Assembly (NCBI GenBank): GCA_964016885.1
Contig: OZ024744.1
Coordinates: 9,176,001-9,240,000 of the forward strand
DNA: 64,000 nucleotides
Direction: 5' to 3'
Source: Eledone cirrhosa
Taxonomy: Eukaryota
Shown: in pieces, positions 25,401 to 43,400 of the stretch
Position numbering within the stretch: position 1 is the first letter of the stretch
Layout: each line of letters begins with the position of its first letter
The notes under the pieces: generated by a model
The model's database searches: none
What the model was told of the DNA's origin: nothing
What the model saw: only the letters and a program-made list of their open reading frames with translations
Made by a program: the position numbers and the translations under genes

Positions 25401-28400
25401 CTACAACAACAACAACACCGGCACCAATGTCTACAACAACAACGGCACCAATGTCTACAACAACAACAACAGCGGCACCAATGTCTACAACAACAACAAC
25501 ACCGGCACCAATGTCTACAACAACAACAACAGCGGCACCAATGCCTACAACAACAACAACAGCGGCACCAATGTCTACAACAACAACAACAGCGGCACCA
25601 ATGTCTACAACAACAACAACAGCGGCACCAATGTCTACAACAACAACAGCGGCACCAATGTCTACAACAACAACAACAGCGGCACCAATATCTACAACAA
25701 CAACAACAGCGGCACCAATGTCTACAACAACAACAACACCAGCACCAATGTCTACAACAACAACAACAGCAGCACCAATGTCTACAACAACAACAACAGC
25801 GGCACCAATGTCTACAACAACAACAACACTGGCACCAATGTCTACAACAACAACAACAACAGCGGCACCAACGTCTACAACAACAACATCAGCGGCACCA
25901 ATGTCTACAACAACAACAACAGCGGCACCAATGTCTACATAAACAACAACAGCGGCAGTAATGTCTACAACAACAACAACAGCGGCACCAATGTCTACAA
26001 CAACAACAACAGTGGCACCAATGTCTACAACAACAACAACAGCGGCACCAATGTCTACAACAACAACAACAGCGGCGCCAATGTCTACAACAACAACAAC
26101 AACAGCGGCACCAATGTCTACAACAACAACAACAACAGCGGCACCAATATCTACAACAACAACAACACCGGCACCAATATCTACAACAACAACAACACCG
26201 GCACCAATGTCTACAACAACAACAACAACAGCGGCACCAATGTCTACAACAACAACAACAACAGCGGCACCAATGTCTACAACAACAACAACAGCGGCAC
26301 CAATGTCTACAACAACAACAACAGCGGCACCAATGTCTACAACAACAACAACACCGGCACCAATGTCTACAACAACAACAGTGGCACCAATGTCTACAAC
26401 AACAACAACAGCGGCACCAATGTCTACAACAACAACAACAGCGGCACCAATGTCTACAACAACAACAACACCGGCACCAATGTCTACAACAACAACAGTG
26501 GCACCAATGTCTACAACAACAGCAACAACAGCGGCACCAATGTCTACAACAACAACAACAGCGGCACCAATGTCTACAACAACAGCAACAGCGGCACCAA
26601 TGTCTACAACAACAACAACAGCGGCACCAATGTCTACAACAACAACAACAGCGGCACCAATGTCTACAACAACAACAACAGCGGCACCAATGTCTACAAC
26701 AACAACAACAGCGGCACCAATGTCTACAACAACAACAACAGCGGCACCAATGTCTACAACAACAACAACAGCGGCACCAATGTCTACAACAACAGCAACA
26801 GCGGCACCAATGTCTACAACAACAGCAACAGCGGCACCAATGTCTACAACAACAACAACAGCGGCACCAATATCTACAACACCAACAACAGCGGCACCAA
26901 TGTCTACAACAACAACAACAGCGGCACCAATGTCTACAACAACAACAACAGCGGCACCAATGTCTACAACAACAACAACAACACCGGCACCAATGTCTAC
27001 AACAACAACAACAGCGGCACCAATGTCTACAACAACAACAACAACACCGGCACCAAAGTCTACAACAACAACAACAGCGGCACCAATATCTACAACAACA
27101 ACAACAGCGGCACCAATGTCTACAACAACAACAACACCGGCACCAATGTCTACAACAACAACAACAGCGGCACCAATGTCTACAACAACAACAACAGCGG
27201 CACCAACGTCTACAACAACAACAACAGCGGCACCAGTGTCTACAAAAACAACAACAGCGGCACCAATGTCTACAACAATAACAACAGCGGCACCAATGTC
27301 TACAACAACAACAACACCGGCACCAATGTCTACAACAACAACAACAGCGGCACCAATGTCTACAACAACAACAACAACAGCAGCACCAATGTCTACAACG
27401 ACAACAACAACTCCGGCACCAATGTCTACAACAACAACAGCGGCACCAATGTCTACAACAACAACAACAGCGGCACCAATGTCTACAACAACAACAACAG
27501 CGGCACCAATGTCTACAACAACAACAACACCGGCACCAATGTCTACAACAACAACAACAACACCGGCACCAATGTCTACAACAACAACAACAGCGGCACC
27601 AATGTCTACAACAACAACAACACCGGCACCAATGTCTACAACAACAACAGTGGCACCAATGTCTACAACAACAACAACACCGGCACCAATGTCTACAACA
27701 ACAACAACACCGGCACCAATGTCTACAACAACAACAACAACAGCAGCACCAATGTCTACAACAACAACAACAACTCCGGCACCAATGTCTACAACAACAA
27801 CAGCGGCACCAATGTCTACAACAACAACAACGGCGGCACCAATGTCTACAACAACAACAACAGCGGCACCAATGTCTACAACAACAACAACAGCGGCACC
27901 AATGTCTACAACAACAACAACAGCGGCACCAATGTCTACAACAACAACAACAACACCGGCACCAATGTCTACAACAACAACAACAGCGGCACCAATGTCT
28001 ACAACAACAACAACAACACCGGCACCAATGTCTACAACAACAACAACAGCGGCACCAATGTCTACAACAACAGCAACAACAGCGGCACCAATGTCTACAA
28101 CAACAACAGCGGCACCAATGTCTACAACAACAACAACAACACCGGCACCAATGTCTACAACAACAACAACAGCGGCACCAATGTCTACAACAACAACAAC
28201 AGCGGCATCAATGTCTACAACAACAACAACAGCGGCACCAATGTCTACAACAACAGCAACAACAGCGGCACCAATGTCTACAACAACAACAGCGGCACCA
28301 ATGTCTACAACAACAACAATAACAGCGGCACCAATGTCTACAACAACAACAACAGCGGCACCAATGTCTACAACAACAGCAACAACAGCGGCACCAGTGT

Positions 28401-31400
28401 CTACAACAACAACAGCGGCACCAATGTCTACAACAACATCAACACCGGCACCAATGTCTACAACAACAACAACAGCGGCACCAATGTCTACAACAACAAC
28501 AACAGCGGCACCAATGTCTACAACAACAACAACAGCGGCACCAATGTCTACAACAACAACAACAACAGCGGCACCAATGTCTACAACAACAACAACAACA
28601 CCGGCACCAATTTCTACAACAACAACAACAGCGGCACCAATGTCTACAACAACAACAACAGCGGCACCAATGTCTACAACAACAACAACACCGGCACCAA
28701 TGTCTACAACAACAACAACAGCGGCACCAATGTCTACAACAACAACAACAGCGGCACCAATGTCTACAACAACAACAACAGCGGCACCAATGTCTACAAC
28801 AACAACAACAACAACGGCAACAATGTCTACAACAACAACAACAGCGGCACCAATGTCTACAACAACAACAACAACACCGGCACCAATGTCTACAACAACA
28901 ACAACAGCGGCACCAATGTCTACAACAACAGCAACAACAGCGGCACCAGTGTCTACAACAACAACAGCGGCACCAATGTCTACAACAACAACAACACCGG
29001 CACCAATGTCTACAACAACAACAACAACAGCGGCACCAATGTCTACAACAACAACAACAGCGGCACCAATGTCTACAACAACAACAACAGCGGCACCAAT
29101 GTCTACAACAACAACAACACCGGCACCAATGTCTACAACAACAACAACAACAGCGGCACCAATGTCTACAACAACAACAACAGCGGCACCAATGTCTACA
29201 ACAACAACAACACCGGCACCAATGTCTACAACAACAACAACAGCGGCACCAATGTCTACAACAACAACAACAGCGGCACCAATGTCTACAACAACAACAA
29301 CAGCGGCACCAATGTCTACAACAACAACACCGGCACCAATGTCTACAACAACAACAACAGCGGCACTAATGTCTACAACAACAACAACAACAGCGGTACC
29401 AATGTCTACAACAACAACAACAACAGCGGCACCAATGTCTACAACAACAACACGGGCACCAATGTCTACAACAACAACAACAGCGGCACCAATGTCTACA
29501 ACAACAACAACACCGGCACCAATGTCTACAACAACAACAACAGCGGCACCAATGTCTACAACAACAACAACACCGGCACCAATGTCTACAACAACAACAA
29601 CAGCGGCACCAATGTCTACAACAACAACAACAGCGGCACCAATGTCTAAAACAACAACAACACAGGCACCAATGTCTACAACAACAACAACACAGGCACC
29701 AATGTCTACAACAACAACAACAACAGCGGCACCAATGTCTACAACAACAACAACAGCGGCACCAATGTCTACAACAACAACAACAACAGCGGCACCAATG
29801 TCTACAACAACAACAACACCGGCACCAATGTCTACAACAACAACAACAGCGGCACCAATGTCTACAACAACAACAACAGCGGCACCAATGTCTACAACAA
29901 CAACAACAGCGGCACCAATGTCTACAACAACAACAACAGCGGCACCAATGTCTACAACAACAACAACAACAGCGGCACCAATGTCTACAACAACAACAAC
30001 ACAGGCACCAATGTCTACAACAACAACAACACAGGCACCAATGTCTACAACAACAACAACACCGGCACCAATGTCTACAACAACAACATCAGCGGCACCA
30101 ATGTCTACAACAACAACAACACCGGCACCAACGTCTACAACAACAACAACAGCGGCACCAATGTCTACAACAACAACAACACCGGCACCAATATCTACAA
30201 CAACAACAACAGCGGCACCAATGTCTACAACAACAACAACAGCGGCACCAATGTCTACAACAACAACACCGGCACCAATGTCTACAACAACAACAACAGC
30301 GGCACCAATGTCTACAACAACAACAACAGTGGCACCAATGTCTACAACAACAACAACAGCGGCACCAATGTCTACAACAACAACAACAGCGGCACGAATG
30401 TCTACAACAACAACAACAACTCCGGCACCAATATCTACAACAACAACAACAACAGCGGCACCAATGTCTACAACAACAACAACAGCGGCACCAATGTCTA
30501 CAACAACAACAACAACAACAACACCGGCACCAATGTCTACAACAACAACAACAACAACAACACCGGCACCAATGTCTACAACAACAACAACAGTGGCACC
30601 AATGTCTACAACAACAACAACAGCGGCACCAATGTCTACAACAACAACAACAGTGGCACCAATGTCTACAACAACAACAACAGCGGCACCAATGTCTACA
30701 ACAACAACAACAGCGGCACGAATGTCTACAACAACAACAACAACTCCGGCACCAATATCTACAACAACAACAACAACACCGGCACCAATGTCTACAACAA
30801 CAACAACAGCGGCACCAATGTCTACAACAACAACAACAGCGGCACCAATGTCTACAACAACAACAACAACAACACCGGCACCAATGTCTACAACAACAAC
30901 AACACCGGCACCAATGTCTACAACAACAACAACAGCGGCACCAATGTCTACAACAACAACAACAACAGCGGCACCAATGTCTACAACAACAACAACAGCG
31001 GCACCAATGTCTACAACAACAACAACAACAGCGGCACCAATGTCTACAACAACAACAACAACAGCGGCACCAATGTCTACAACAACAACAACAACACCGG
31101 CACCAATGTCTACAACAACAGCAACAACAGCGGCACCAATGTCTACAACAACAACAACAACACCGGCACCAATGTCTACAACAACAACAACAACACCGGC
31201 ACCAATGTCTACAACAACAGCAACAACAGCGGCACCAATGTCTACAACAACAACAACAACACCGGCACCAATGTCTACAACAACAGCAACAACAGCGGCA
31301 CCAATGTCTACAACAACAACAACAACACCGGCACCAATGTCTACAACAACAACAACAACAGCGGCACCAATGTCTACAACAACAACAACAACACCGGCAC

Positions 31401-34400
31401 CAATGTCTACAACAACAACAACAACACCGGCACCAATGTCTACAACAACAACAACAACAGCGGCACCAATGTCTACAACAACAACAACAACACCGGCACC
31501 AATGTCTACAACAACAACAACAACACCGGCACCAATGTCTACAACAACAGCAACAACAGCGGCACCAATGTCTACAACAACAACAACAACACCGGCACCA
31601 ATGTCTACAACAACAGCAACAACAGCGGCACCAATGTCTACAACAACAACAACAACACCGGCACCAATGTCTACAACAACAACAACAACAGCGGCACCAA
31701 TGTCTACAACAACAACAACAACACCGGCACCAATGTCTACAACAACAACAACAACACCGGCACCAATGTCTACAACAACAACAACAACAGCGGCACCAAT
31801 GTCTACAACAACAACAACAACACCGGCACCAATGTCTACAACAACAACAACAACACCGGCACCAATGTCTACAACAACAACAACAGCGGCACCAATGTCT
31901 ACAACAACAACAACAACAGCGGCACCAATGTCTACAACAACAACAACAACAGCGGCACCAATGTCTACAACAACAACAACAACACCGGCACCAATGTCTA
32001 CAACAACAACAACAGCGGCACCAATGTCTACAACAACAACAACAACAGCGGCACCAATGTCTACAACAACAACAACAACAACAACAGCGGCACCAATGTC
32101 TACAACAACAACAACAACAGCGGCACCAATGTCTACAACAACAACAACAACAGCGGCACCAATGTCTACAACAACAACAACGACACCGGCACCAATGTCT
32201 ACAACAACAACAACAACAGCGGCACCAATGTCTACAACAACAACAACAGCGGCACCAATGTCTACAACAACAACAACAACAACAACAGCGGCACCAATGT
32301 CTACAACAACAACAACAACAGCGGCACCAATGTCTACAACAACAACAATAACAGCGGCACCAATGTCTACAACAACAACAACAGCGGCACCAATGTCTAC
32401 AACAACAACAACAACACCGGCACCAATGTCTACAACAACAATAACAACAGCGGCACCAATGTCTACAACAACAACAACAACACCGGCACCAATGTCTACA
32501 ACAACAACAACAGCGGCACCAATGTCTACAACAACAACAACAACAGCGGCACCAATGTCTACAACAACAACAACAACAGCGGCACCAATGTCTACAACAA
32601 CAACAACAACAGCGGCACCAATGTCTACAACAACAACAACAACAGCGGCACCAATGTCTACAACAACAACAACAACACCGGCACCAATGTCTACAACAAC
32701 AACAACAGCGGCACCAATGTCTACAACAACAACAACAGCGGCACCAATGTCTACAACAACAACAACAACAACAACAGCGGCACCAATGTCTACAACAACA
32801 ACAACAACAACAACAGCGGCACCAATGTCTACAACAACAACAACAACAGCGGCACCAATGTCTACAACAACAACAATAACAGCGGCACCAATGTCTACAA
32901 CAACAACAATAACAGCGGCACCAATGTCTACAACAACAACAACAACAACAACAGCGGCACCAATGTCTACAACAACAACAACAGCGGCACCAATGTCTAC
33001 AACAACAACAACAACACCGGCACCAATGTCTACAACAACAATAACAACAGCGGCACCAATGTCTACAACAACAACAACAACACCGGCACCAATGTCTACA
33101 ACAACAACAACAGCGGCACCAATGTCTACAACAACAACAACAACAGCGGCACCAATGTCTACAACAACAACAACAACAGCGGCACCAATGTCTACAACAA
33201 CAACAACAACAGCGGCACCAATGTCTACAACAACAACAACAACAGCGGCACCAATGTCTACAACAACAACAACAACACCGGCACCAATGTCTACAACAAC
33301 AACAACAACACCGGCACCAATGTCTACAACAACAACAACAACAACAACAGCGGCACCAATGTCTACAACAACAACAACAACAACAGCGGCACCAATGTCT
33401 ACAACAACAACAACAACAGCGGCACCAATGTCTACAACAACAACAACAACAACAACAGCGGCACCAATGTCTACAACAACAACAACAACAGCGGCACCAA
33501 TGTCTACAACAACAACAACAACACCGGCACCAATGTCTACAACAACAACAAAAGCGGCACCAATGTCTACAACAACAACAACAACACCGGCACCAATGTC
33601 TACAACAACAACAACAACAGCGGCACCAATGTCTACAACAACAACAACAGCGGCACCAATGTCTACAACAACAACAACAACAGCGGCACCAATGTCTACA
33701 ACAACAACAACAACACCGGCACCAATGTCTACAACAACAACAACAACAGTGGCACCAATGTCTACAACAACAACAACAGCGGCACCAATGTCTACAACAA
33801 CAACAACAACACCGGCACCAATGTCTACAACAACAACAACAACAGCGGCACCAATGTCTACAACAACAACAACAGCGGCACCAATGTCTACAACAACAAC
33901 AACAACAGCGGCACCAATGTCTACAACAACAACAACAACAACAACAGCGGCACCAATGTCTACAACAACAACAACAACACCGGCACCAATGTCTACAACA
34001 ACAACAACAACAGCGGCACCAATGTCTACAACAACAACAACAGCGGCACCAATGTCTACAACAACAACAACAACAACAACAGCGGCACCAATGTCTACAA
34101 CAACAACAACAACAGCGGCACCAATGTCTACAACAACAACAATAACAGCGGCACCAATGTCTACAACAACAACAACAGCGGCACCAATGTCTACAACAAC
34201 AACAACAACACCGGCACCAATGTCTACAACAACAATAACAACAGCGGCACCAATGTCTACAACAACAACAACAACACCGGCACCAATGTCTACAACAACA
34301 ACAATAACGGCACCAATGTCTACAACAACAACAACAACAGCGGCACCAATGTCTACAACAACAACAACAACAGCGGCACCAATGTCTACAACAACAACAA

Positions 34401-37400
34401 CAACAGCGGCACCAATGTCTACAACAACAACAACAACAGCGGCACCAATGTCTACAACAACAACAACAACACCGGCACCAATGTCTACAACAACAACAAC
34501 AGCGGCACCAATGTCTACAACAACAACAACAGCGGCACCAATGTCTACAACAACAACAACAACAACAACAACAGCGGCACCAATGTCTACAACAACAACA
34601 ACAACAACAACAGCGGCACCAATGTCTACAACAACAACAACAACAGCGGCACCAATGTCTACAACAACAACAATAACAGCGGCACCAATGTCTACAACAA
34701 CAACAATAACAGCGGCACCAATGTCTACAACAACAACAACAACAATAACAGCGGCACCAATGTCTACAACAACAACAACAGCGGCACCAATGTCTACAAC
34801 AACAACAACAACACCGGCACCAATGTCTACAACAACAATAACAACAGCGGCACCAATGTCTACAACAACAACAACAACACCGGCACCAATGTCTACAACA
34901 ACAACAACAGCGGCACCAATGTCTACAACAACAACAACAACAGCGGCACCAATGTCTACAACAACAACAACAACAGCGGCACCAATGTCTACAACAACAA
35001 CAACAACAGCGGCACCAATGTCTACAACAACAACAACAACAGCGGCACCAATGTCTACAACAACAACAACAACACCGGCACCAATGTCTACAACAACAAC
35101 AACAACACCGGCACCAATGTCTACAACAACAACAACAGCAACAACAGCGGCACCAATGTCTACAACAACAACAACAACAACAGCGGCACCAATGTCTACA
35201 ACAACAACAACAACAGCGGCACCAATGTCTACAACAACAACAACAACAACAACAGCGGCACCAATGTCTACAACAACAACAACAACAGCGGCACCAATGT
35301 CTACAACAACAACAACAACACCGGCACCAATGTCTACAACAACAACAAAAGCGGCACCAAGGTCTACAACAACAACAACAACACCGGCACCAATGTCTAC
35401 AACAACAACAACAACAGCGGCACCAATGTCTACAACAACAACAACAGCGGCACCAATGTCTACAACAACAACAACAACAGCGGCACCAATGTCTACAACA
35501 ACAACAACAACACCGGCACCAATGTCTACAACAACAACAACAACAGTGGCACCAATGTCTACAACAACAACAACAGCGGCACCAATGTCTACAACAACAA
35601 CAACAACACCGGCACCAATGTCTACAACAACAACAACAACAGCGGCACCAATGTCTACAACAACAACAACAGCGGCACCAATGTCTACAACAACAACAAC
35701 AACAGCGGCACCAATGTCTACAACAACAACAACAACAACAACAGCGGCACCAATGTCTACAACAACAACAACAACACCGGCACCAATGTCTACAACAACA
35801 ACAACAGCGGCACCAATGTCTACAACAACAACAACAACAGCGGCACCAATGTCTACAACAACAACAACAACAACAACAGCGGCACCAATGTCTACAACAA
35901 CAACAACAACACCGGCACCAATGTCTACAACAACAACAACAGCGGCACCAATGTCTACAACAACAACAACAACACCGGCACCAATGTCTACAACAACTAC
36001 AACAACAGCAGCACCAAGGTCTACAACAACAACAACAACTCCGGCACCAATGTCTACAACAACAACAGCGGCACCAATGTCTACAACAACAACAACAGCG
36101 GCACCAATGTCTACAACAACAACAACAGCGGCACCAATGTCTACAACAACAACAACACCGGCACCAATGTCTACAACAACAACAACAACACCGGCACCAA
36201 TGTCTACAACAACAACAACAGCGGCACCAATGTCTACAACAACAACAACACCGGCACCAATGTCTACAACAACAACAGTGGCACCAATGTCTACAACAAC
36301 AACAACAACACCGGCACCAATGTCTACAACAACAACAACACCGGCACCAATGTCTACAACAACAACAACAACAGCAGCACCAATGTCTACAACAACAACT
36401 CCGGCACCAATGTCTACAACAACAACAGCGGCACCAATGTCTACAACAACAACAACAGCGGCACCAATGTCTACAACAACAACAACAGCGGCACCAATGT
36501 CTACCACAACAACAACAGCGGCACCAATGTCTACAACAACAACAACAGCGGCACCAATGTCTACAACAACAACAACAACACCGGCACCAATGTCTACAAC
36601 AACAACAACAGCGGCACCAATGTCTACAACAACAACAACAACACCGGCACCAATGTCTACAACAACAACAACAGCGGCACCAATGTCTACAACAACAGCA
36701 ACAACAGCGGCACCAATGTCTACAACAACAACAGCGGCACCAATGTCTACAACAACAACAACAACACCGGCACCAATGTCTACAACAACAACAACAGCGG
36801 CACCAATGTCTACAACAACAACAACAGCGGCACCAATGTCTACAACAACAACAACAGCGGCACCAATGTCTACAACAACAACAACAACAGCGGCACCAAT
36901 GTCTACAACAACAACAGCGGCACCAATGTCTACAACAACAACAATAACAGCGGCACCAATGTCTACAACAACAACAACAGCGGCACCAATGTCTACAACA
37001 ACAGCAACAACAGCGGCACCAGTGTCTACAACAACAACAGCGGCACCAATGTCTACAACAACATCAACACCGGCACCAATGTCTACAACAACAACAACAG
37101 CGGCACCAATGTCTACAACAACAACAACAGCGGCACCAATGTCTACAACAACAACAACAGCGGCACCAATGTCTACAACAACAACAACAACAGCGGCACC
37201 AATGTCTACAACAACAACAACAACACCGGCATCAATGTCTACAACAACAACAACAGCGGCACCAATGTCTACAACAACAACAACACCGGCACCAATGTCT
37301 ACAACAACAACAACAGCGGCTCCAATGTCTACAACAACAACAACAGCGGCACCAATGTCTACAACAACAACAACAACAGCGGCACCAATGTCTACAACAA

Positions 37401-40400
37401 CAACAACAACAACGGCACCAATGTCTACAACAACAACAACAGCGGCACCAATGTCTACAACAACAACAACAACACCGGCACCAATGTCTACAACAACAAC
37501 AACAGCGGCACCAATGTCTACAACAACAGCAACAACAGCGGCACCAGTGTCTACAACAACAACAGCGGCACCAATGTCTACAACAACAACAACACCGGCA
37601 CCAATGTCTACAACAACAACAACAACAGCGGCACCAATGTCTACAACAACAACAACAGCGGCACCAATGTCTACAACAACAACAACAGCGGCACCAATGT
37701 CTACAACAACAACAACAGCGGCACCAATGTCTACAACAACAACAACACCGGCACCAATGTCTACAACAACAACAACAACAGCGGCACCAATGTCTACAAC
37801 AACAACAACAGCGGCACCAATGTCTACAACAACAACAACACCGGCACCAATGTCTACAACAACAACAACAGCGGCACCAATGTCTACAACAACAACAACA
37901 GCGGCACCAATGTCTACAACAACAACAACAGCGGCACCAATGTCTACAACAACAACACCGGCACCAATGTCTACAACAACAACAACAGCGGCACTAATGT
38001 CTACAACAACAACAACAACAGCGGCACCAATGTCTACAACAACAACACGGGCACCAATGTCTACAACAACAACAACAGCGGCACCAATGTCTACAACAAC
38101 AACAAAACCGGCACCAATGTCTACAACAACAACAACAGCGGCACCAATGTCTACAACAACAACAACACCGGCACCAATGTCTACAACAACAACAACAGCG
38201 GCACCAATGTCTACAACAACAACAACAGCGGCACCAATGTCTACAACAACAACAACACAGGCACCAATGTCTACAACAACAACAACACAGGCACCAATGT
38301 CTACAACAACAACAACAACAGCGACACCAATGTCTACAACAACAACAACAGCGGCACCAATGTCTACAACAACAACAACAACAACAGCGGCACCAATGTC
38401 TACAACAACAACAACACCGGCACCAATGTCTACAACAACAACGGCACCAATGTCTACAACAACAACAACAGCGGCACCAATGTCTACAACAACAACAACA
38501 CCGGCACCAATGTCTACAACAACAACAACAGCGGCACCAATGCCTACAACAACAACAACAGCGGCACCAATGTCTACAACAACAACAACAGCGGCACCAA
38601 TGTCTACAACAACAACAACAGCGGCACCAATGTCTACAACAACAACAGCGGCACCAATGTCTACAACAACAACAACAGCGGCACCAATATCTACAACAAC
38701 AACAACAGCGGCACCAATGTCTACAACAACAACAACACCAGCACCAATGTCTACAACAACAACAACAGCAGCACCAATGTCTACAACAACAACAACAGCG
38801 GCACCAATGTCTACAACAACAGCAACAACAGCGGCACCAATGTCTACAACAACAACAGCGGCAAAAATGTCTACAACAACAACAACACCGGCACCAATGT
38901 CTACAACAACAACAACAGCGGCACCAATGTCTACAACAACAACAACAACACCGGCATCAATGTCTACAACAACAACAACACCGGCACCAACGTCTACAAC
39001 AACAACAACAGGGGCACCAATGTCTACAACAACAATAACACCGGCACCAATGTCTACAACAACAACAACAGCGGCACCAATGTCTACAACAACAACAACA
39101 GGGGCACCAATGTCTACAACAACAACAACAGCGGCACCAGTGTCTACAACAACAACAGCGGCACCAATGTCTACAACAACAACAACACCGGCACCAATGT
39201 CTACAACAACAACAACAGCGGCACCAATGTCTACAACAACAACAACACCGGCACCAATATCTACAACAACAACAACAGCGGCACCAGTGTCTACAACAAC
39301 AACAACAGGGGCACCAACGTCTACAACAACAACAACAGGGGCACCAATGTCTACAACAACAACAACAGCGGCACCAATGTCTACAACAACAACAACAGCG
39401 GCACCAATGTCTACAACAACAACAACAGCGGCACCAATGTCTACAACAACAACAACAGCGGCACCAATGTCTACAACAACAACAACAACAGCGGCACCAA
39501 TGTCTACAACAACAACAACAGCGGCACCAATGTCTACAACAACAACAACAACAGCGGCACCAATGTCTACAACAACAACAACAGCGGCACCAATGTCTAC
39601 AACAACAACAACAACAGCGGCACCAATGTCTACAACAACAACAACAGCGGCACCAATGTCTACAACAACAACAACAACAGCGGCACCAATGTCTACAACA
39701 ACAACAACAACACCGGCACCAATATCTACAACAACAACAACACCGGCACCAATGTCTACAACAACAACAACAGCGGCACCAATGTCTACAACAACAACAA
39801 CAACACCGGCACCAATATCTACAACAACAACAACAACAGCGGCACCAATGTCTACAACAACAACAACAACAACAACAGCGGCACCAATGTCTACAACAAC
39901 AACAACACCGGCACCAATGTCTACAACAACAACGGCACCAATGTCTACAACAACAACAACAGCGGCACCAATGTCTACAACAACAACAACACCGGCACCA
40001 ATGTCTACAACAACAACAACAGCGGCACCAATGCCTACAACAACAACAACAGCGGCACCAATGTCTACAACAACAACAACAGCGGCACCAATGTCTACAA
40101 CAACAACAACAGCGGCACCAATGTCTACAACAACAACAGCGGCACCAATGTCTACAACAACAACAACAGCGGCACCAATATCTACAACAACAACAACAGC
40201 GGCACCAATGTCTACAACAACAACAACACCAGCACCAATGTCTACAACAACAACAACAGCAGCACCAATGTCTACAACAACAACAACAGCGGCACCAATG
40301 TCTACAACAACAACAACACCGGCACCAATGTCTACAACAACAACAACAACAGCGGCACCAACGTCTACAACAACAACATCAGCGGCACCAATGTCTACAA

Positions 40401-43400
40401 CAACAACAACAGCGGCACCAATGTCTACATAAACAACAACAGCGGCACCAATGTCTACAACAACAACAACAGCGGCACCAATGTCTACAACAACAACAAC
40501 AGTGGCACCAATGTCTACAACAACAACAACAGCGGCACCAATGTCTACAACAACAACAACAGCGGCGCCAATGTCTACAACAACAACAACAACAGCGGCA
40601 CCAATGTCTACAACAACAACAACAACAGCGGCACCAATATCTACAACAACAACAACACCGGCACCAATATCTACAACAACAACAACACCGGCACCAATGT
40701 CTACAACAACAACAACAACAGCGGCACCAATGTCTACAACAACAACAACAACAGCGGCACCAATGTCTACAACAACAACAACAGCGGCACCAATGTCTAC
40801 AACAACAACAACAGCGGCACCAATGTCTACAACAACAACAACACCGGCACCAATGTCTACAACAACAACAACACCGGCACCAATGTCTACAACAACAACA
40901 ACAACAGCAGCACCAATGTCTACAACAACAACTCCGGCACCAATGTCTACAACAACAACAGCGGCACCAATGTCTACAACAACAACAACAGCGGCACCAA
41001 TGTCTACAACAACAACAACAGCGGCACCAATGTCTACCACAACTACAACAGCGGCACCAATGTCTACAACAACAACAACAGCGGCACCAATGTCTACAAC
41101 AACAACAACAACACCGGCACCAATGTCTACAACAACAACAACAGCGGCACCAATGTCTACAACAACAACAACAACACCGGCACCAATGTCTACAACAACA
41201 ACAACAGCGGCACCAATGTCTACAACAACAGCAACAACAGCGGCACCAATGTCTACAACAACAACAGCGGCACCAATGTCTACAACAACAACAACAACAC
41301 CGGCACCAATGTCTACAACAACAACAACAGCGGCACCAATGTCTACAACAACAACAACAGCGGCACCAATGTCTACAACAACAACAACAGCGGCACCAAT
41401 GTCTACAACAACAACAACAACAGCGGCACCAATGTCTACAACAACAACAGCGGCACCAATGTCTACAACAACAACAATAACAGCGGCACCAATGTCTACA
41501 ACAACAACAACAGCGGCACCAATGTCTACAACAACAGCAACAACAGCGGCACCAGTGTCTACAACAACAACAGCGGCACCAATGTCTACAACAACATCAA
41601 CACCGGCACCAATGTCTACAACAACAACAACAGCGGCACCAATGTCTACAACAACAACAACAGCGGCACCAATGTCTACAACAACAACAACAGCGGCACC
41701 AATGTCTACAACAACAACAACAACAGCGGCACCAATGTCTACAACAACAACAACAACACCGGCACCAATGTCTACAACAACAACAACAGCGGCACCAATG
41801 TCTACAACAACAACAACAGCGGCACCAATGTCTACAACAACAACAACACCGGCACCAATGTCTACAACAACAACAACAGCGGCACCAATGTCTACAACAA
41901 CAACAACAGCGGCACCAATGTCTACAACAACAACAACAACAGCGGCACCAATGTCTACAACAACAACAACAACAACGGCACCAATGTCTACAACAACAAC
42001 AACAGCGGCACCAATGTCTACAACAACAACAACAACACCGGCACCAATGTCTACAACAACAACAACAGCGGCACCAATGTCTACAACAACAGCAACAACA
42101 GCGGCACCAGTGTCTACAACAACAACAGCGGCACCAATGTCTACAACAACAACAACACCGGCACCAATGTCTACAACAACAACAACAACAGCGGCACCAA
42201 TGTCTACAACAACAACAACAGCGGCACCAATGTCTACAACAACAACAACAGCGGCACCAATGTCTACAACAACAACAACAGCGGCACCAATGTCTACAAC
42301 AACAACAACACCGGCACCAATGTCTACAACAACAACAACAACAGCGGCACCAATGTCTACAACAACAACAACAGCGGCACCAATGTCTACAACAACAACA
42401 ACACCGGCACCAATGTCTACAACAACAACAACAGCGGCACCAATGTCTACAACAACAACAACAGCGGCACCAATGTCTACAACAACAACAACAGCGGCAC
42501 CAATGTCTACAACAACAACACCGGCACCAATGTCTACAACAACAACAACAGCGGCACTAATGTCTACAACAACAACAACAACAGCGGCACCAATGTCTAC
42601 AACAACAACACGGGCACCAATGTCTACAACAACAACAACAGCGGCACCAATGTCTACAACAACAACAAAACCGGCACCAATGTCTACAACAACAACAACA
42701 GCGGCACCAATGTCTACAACAACAACAACACCGGCACCAATGTCTACAACAACAACAACAGCGGCACCAATGTCTACAACAACAACAACAGCGGCACCAA
42801 TGTCTACAACAACAACAACACAGGCACCAATGTCTACAACAACAACAACACAGGCACCAATGTCTACAACAACAACAACAACAGCGGCACCAATGTCTAC
42901 AACAACAACAACAGCGGCACCAATGTCTACAACAACAACAACAACAGCGGCACCAATGTCTACAACAACAACAACACCGGCACCAATGTCTACAACAACA
43001 ACGGCACCAATGTCTACAACAACAACAACAGCGGCACCAATGTCTACAACAACAACAACACCGGCACCAATGTCTACAACAACAACAACAGCGGCACCAA
43101 TGCCTACAACAACAACAACAGCGGCACCAATGTCTACAACAACAACAACAGCGGCACCAATGTCTACAACAACAACAACAGCGGCACCAATGTCTACAAC
43201 AACAACAGCGGCACCAATGTCTACAACAACAACAACAGCGGCACCAATATCTACAACAACAACAACAGCGGCACCAATGTCTACAACAACAACAACACCA
43301 GCACCAATGTCTACAACAACAACAACAGCAGCACCAATGTCTACAACAACAACAACAGCGGCACCAATGTCTACAACAACAGCAACAACAGCGGCACCAA

